Assembly (NCBI GenBank): GCA_963702845.1
Contig: OY969763.1
Span: 2,528,001-2,592,000, forward strand
DNA from: an uncultured Verrucomicrobiae bacterium
GTDB lineage: Bacteria; Verrucomicrobiota; Verrucomicrobiia; Limisphaerales; Palsa-1400
Reading direction: 5' to 3'
Length of the DNA: 64,000 bases
Part shown: piece after piece, positions 59,795 through 64,000 of the stretch
Position numbering within the stretch: the stretch's first letter is position 1
How the letters are laid out: each line of letters begins with the position of its first letter
Made by a program: the position numbers and the translations under genes
The notes under the pieces: generated by a model
Database searches by the model: none
Seen by the model: only the letters and a program-made list of their open reading frames with translations
What the model was told of the DNA's origin: nothing

Positions 59795-61539
59795 TCAGAG
59801 CGAACCCGCAACGACTTTCCCGCCCACCATCGTCATCAACACCTTCGTCGCTCGCACATCATCAACCGGGCAATGCAGAACATCGCGATCAACCATAATC
59901 AAATCTGCATACTTACCCGCCTCAAGCGAACCTTTCTTATCTCCTCGAAATTCAGGTAGCAGTTATTAATCGTATAAAACCGAATCACTTCCTCGCGCGA
60001 TCAGACATTGCTCCGGTTTATCAACACTCCCTCGCTCCGTCTTACGCGTCAGTGCAACCCACATCCCCAGCCACGGATTCCACGGATTGGTGCTCTTAAT
60101 CGAATCGAATTGCACCATGTGATCGCTCCCACCGCCAACCACGATGTGGTGTTTGAACCAGCTCTTCAGCGGGAAAAAATCCTCCATGCGCCGTTCGCCC
60201 AAAACCTTCTTCAACGCGTCACCATCTTTATAAAGCCACGCCGGTTGCACGTCAGCAACCACGCCCAACTTGGCGCATCGGCTGAGGTTCTTCTCATCCG
60301 CAAAATTCGCGTGCGTGACGAGAAACCGCCGCTTCGTGATATCCATCTGCTTGTCGATGTTCTCATAACAATCCAGCAACACATCCATCGCCGCATCACC
60401 AACGCAATGCGCCGTAACCTGCCAACCGCGCCGCGCCACTTCCGCGTAAAACGGATTGAGCAACTCCGGTTTCACAAACAACTGCCCGCGATACTTCGGA
60501 TCAGTGATTTGGTAAATATCCGTCACACCCCATGGCTCGCGCATATACGCCGTGCCGATCAACATCCCGCCATCGAGAAAAATCTTAAACGGCCCGATGC
60601 GCACCCAATCATCACCCAGACCGGTCGGCCCATAAACGCCGTTCGTCGTCTTCGTAAACTCATCCAGTTTCTTGATCGCTTCATCTAAAGTCTTCGGCAA
60701 CGGATCCATCAACCGCGTGCAATTCACCCGCACCGTCAACTCACCCGTCTTTTCCAAATCGCGAAACAAATCGATCGCCGCCGTTTCCGTCCGTCGTTCG
60801 CCGATGCTCGTTATCCCCTGCTCATTGTAGAGATGATGCAAATGTTTGACTGCGTCACGTTGCTCGCTGGCAGTCGGCTGACGAGTCGCCTGAGGATTTT
60901 TCAAAAGCGACGCCGCATTACGCAACACCCCGGTCGGCTCGCCCGTCTTCGCATCCTTCACAATTTCACCGGGTGTCGGATTGGGCGTATCGCGAGTAAT
61001 GTTCGAAACCTCGAGCGCCTTCGAATTCACCACCGCCACCGGTCCCGAATTCCACAGCACCGGATTATTCGATGCCGCCTCATCCAGCTCCGCTTTCGTC
61101 GGCAACCGCATCTCCTTCATCCGCGTCGCATACACGCGCTCCAAGACAATCCAACTCCCCGCCGGCTTTTTCGTTGCCTGGGCACGAATCCACTGTTGCG
61201 CTTCCGCAATTGACTTGATGTAAGGCGCGCCGCCATCCAGCGTGCTCACCGAAGCCTTATACGAATGAACATGGCTATCATACAAGCCCAGGCATCACCG
61301 TCTTGCCGATGCGCATCAACAACGCGCGTTCCCGTCCCTTGGAAATTGGCAATATGTTGATCGTCATCCACCGCGAGAATCTTGTCGCCCTTGATCGCGA
61401 TCGCCTGCGCGACCGAATACTTCTGATCAACCGTAATCACCCGCGCATCTCGAATAATCAAATCAGCAACCTCCGGGGCGGCGTGCGACGGATGGAATAA
61501 CCAGGCAAACAAATAAGAGAACACGAAACAGCATTTCAT
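59795..61539 (-). CDS. Exported amidohydrolase (YtcJ/Amidohydro_3-like), frameshifted near both ends
   Basis: ADLIIRDARVITVD, DSHVH, KIFLDGG, AHCVGDAA and GGSD. C-terminal LEAGKYADLIMVDRD...TMVGGKVV. Confidence 0.88.
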
Positions 61540-61589
61540 GGCACAATCATTGTGCGCAGCAAAAAATCGCTGTGTCAGTAGTTTTTCAA

Positions 61590-62157
61590 CTACGCAAACA
61601 CCAACCCACGCGCCGCGGCGTCCAACTCCTTCCACTGTTCCGCGCGCCAAATCGCCCAACTCAAAGTCGCCCAATTTGCACTCGCATCAGCCGCAATGTC
61701 GGATGCCCGACCGCCGCCGTCATCCTCCGCACCTGCCGGTTTTTCCCTTCCACCAACTCCAATCCAATCCATCGATCCGGCACGCTCTTGCGAAACCGAA
61801 TCGGTGGCTCACGCGGCGGGACATTCGGTTGTGGTTCAACCATCCACGCCCGGCACGGCAATGTCTTGCGACCTTGCACCACCACTCCGCGCGCCAGTTT
61901 CTCCAAAGCGCTTCAGCAGTAGGAATCCCTTCCACTTGGGCCCAATAAATACGCGCATGGGCGCGCTCCGGATCAACAATCGCGTGTTCAACCCCGCTTC
62001 ATCACTCAACAAAAGCAGCCCTTCCGAATCTGCATCCAGCCGCCCGATAGCGATAAACATGCGGTGGAAAACGAAACTCGGCCAATGTTCGATTGGCCGA
62101 GCCGTCTGAAGTAAATTGCGATAAAACGCCGTATGGTTTGTTGAACGCGATGAGCAC
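61590..62157 (-). CDS. RsuA/RluE-family pseudouridine synthase, frameshifted as sequenced
   Basis: GTG at 62157. IAFNKPYGVLSQF, IGRLDADSEGLLLLSD and EGKNRQVRRMTAAVGHPTLRL are spread over several frames. Confidence 0.85.
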
Positions 62158-62220
62158 GATTCCGATTTTCAACTTACGATGTACGTTCAGTCGTAATCGT
62201 AAATCTTAAATCGTAAATTC

Positions 62221-63014
62221 TCAACGCCATCTCAACTGCACGCCGCCGCCGACGCGATAACGGGAGATTCATCCGTAATGCCCGCACCCACAGTGAAATT
62301 CAAATTGATCCACATGGCCAAAGGCTGCTGCGCGCCGAGTTCAATGATATTCTCAGTAATATTTTGTTGGCGAATTTTTTGGCGAACAAAATCGGCGCCT
62401 ATGATGCCGTCCCCGAACATTTTCTGGCTGTAACCAAAGCGCAGGACATAGAAGTTCTCCCGCTCGTCCGGAAAAGGATCGGAGTTATGGATCCAGCCCA
62501 CGTTCGCATGCACGCGACCACATTCCTCCGAAAACACAGTTTTCGTAACATAATAGTAGAATATCGGATCAACGCCACGGCTGTGCGTGCCCGTCGGAAA
62601 TTCCAAATCAGCCGAAACACCCATCGCCAAGCGGCCATCAGTCTCAGTCATGAAATTGTAAAACGCGCCGAGGATAATATCACCGCTCGTGCTGGTCGGA
62701 CCCGACCCGGTATAAACCGGAACCTCCAATCGTAAATGCGCATACGGCGCAAAGCCCCATTGCACTTCCGGCATCATCGTAAACAAGTCGCCACGCTGCT
62801 CTTCAGTCCCCACACGCCGATCGAATATGAAAGGCGTCTGCAGGCGCACTTCGCCGGTCGGCACCGCAAACGCGTCCTGCGTCTGGAGCGGATAACCCTG
62901 CTTTAAATCATAGCCGGTTTGGGGCGGCTCATTGCGGTCAAAAAACGCGGCGTCCGCGGTCAAACACATCGAAAGCACCGCACCCGTCACAGCAACACTC
63001 AGTAATTTGTTCAT
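62221..63014 (-). CDS. Putative outer-membrane beta-barrel (transporter-like) protein
   Basis: Signal peptide and alternating beta-strand pattern (EVQWGF, LRLEVPV, VHANVGW, LRFGYS). A one-base correction gives the end YRVGGGVQLRWR* at 62221. Confidence 0.65.
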
Positions 63015-63183
63015 AGTATTTGCAATAGCTATTTATTTGACGTGTTAGACTGCAACCGATGCAGTCAATCAGGCAATCAGGTGAGGTATGAACGCGCAGT
63101 AAGGGATTGGCTGACTCCGACAAATCCATTTGAATAATGCTGGTATTTCTCGCCCGATTTTCTACCCTTCGCGCCCCTTGTTT

Positions 63184-63966
63184 ATGAGTATCCAAACAAC
63201 CACCCCAATCCAAAGCCCAATCGCAAACCCGGCCAAATCGCCGGACGCCGCACGCTACTTTTACAGCTGTGCGGCTCTGCTGATGTTCATCCTCATGCTC
63301 ATCGGCTTCCAGCAGTTCTACCTGCACGGCAAAGCCTTCCCCAACCGCCCACTCGCGCCACCGATCCGCGGTTTGCTCATGACCCACGGCATCGCCATGT
63401 CCCTTTGGATGGTCCTGTTCCTCGTGCAGCCGTTCCTCGTCGCCACCGGCAATCGCAAAATGCACATGACCCTTGGCAAAATCGGCGCTGTCCTTGCTGC
63501 CTGCATTATCGGTTTAGGCATGTTCACCGCCATCCAATCCGCCAAATTCACCCCGCCGGAAGCGCGCATCTGGGGATTGTCCGGCAAAAACTTCATGGCC
63601 GTGCCCGTGCTCGGAATCATTTCATTTGCCGCTTATGTCGCCATCGGCATTTTCACTCGCAAAAAACCGCAAATCCATCGCCCCATGATGTTCATGGCTG
63701 TCATGTCAACCATGTCCGCGCCCATCGCCCGTATCGATTATCTCAGCTCACTCTATCACGCGACCATTTGGGAAACTATGTTCGGCCCCTACTTCATGAC
63801 CCTCGTGATCGCCGGCGTCTTGTTCGTGATTAAATCAATTCTGACGCGCTCATTCGATCGCTACTTCGCCATCGGCTTTGTCACTCTCGTTGCGTCCAAC
63901 TGGTTCATCTGGGCCATCGCCCCAACGAACGCCTGGCTAAACATCGCGACCGCATTGACGAACTAA
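63184..63966 (+). CDS. Hypothetical polytopic membrane protein
   Basis: ATG at 63184, about 6-7 TM segments and His motifs (THG, MHMTLG, IHRPMM). Confidence 0.8.
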   Translation: MSIQTTTPIQSPIANPAKSPDAARYFYSCAALLMFILMLIGFQQFYLHGKAFPNRPLAPPIRGLLMTHGIAMSLWMVLFLVQPFLVATGNRKMHMTLGKIGAVLAACIIGLGMFTAIQSAKFTPPEARIWGLSGKNFMAVPVLGIISFAAYVAIGIFTRKKPQIHRPMMFMAVMSTMSAPIARIDYLSSLYHATIWETMFGPYFMTLVIAGVLFVIKSILTRSFDRYFAIGFVTLVASNWFIWAIAPTNAWLNIATALTN

Positions 63967-64000
63967 GAAGCGCACTAACGCGGCAACACGTCCGGCGCAT

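Overview
A 64-kb bacterial chromosomal segment. Its gene content and protein style (prepilin/H-X-DG protein, Ig-rich secreted giants, Tat-exported Gfo/Idh/MocA) suggest Verrucomicrobiota; this is an inference. I found no rRNA, tRNA, CRISPR array or intact transposase. The main accessory feature spans about 6.7-39.7 kb, where one module occurs twice: two tandem TMTC-like GT-C glycosyltransferase/TPR genes followed by a giant (about 2600 and 1997 aa) Ser/Thr-rich secreted beta-helix/Ig-repeat protein and a terminator. One TMTC-like gene is fused to a YfhO-like GT-C. Two of the four are broken exactly at poly-G tracts. An LtaS-like enzyme, a SAM methyltransferase and a small orphan HTH cassette with 11-bp repeat arrays lie between the modules. 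I propose this is a dedicated bacterial TMTC-type O-glycosylation system for giant surface proteins. The rest of the window is mostly ordinary: uvrA, two ABC exporters, argH, squalene synthase, a coiled-coil SHOCT-like protein, lysA, a gluconolactonase-SGNH fusion, a rhomboid protease, a two-component system, an amidohydrolase and two pseudouridine synthases. Many single-base indels, including three in lysA, indicate an error-prone assembly, so every frameshift claim needs read-level checking.
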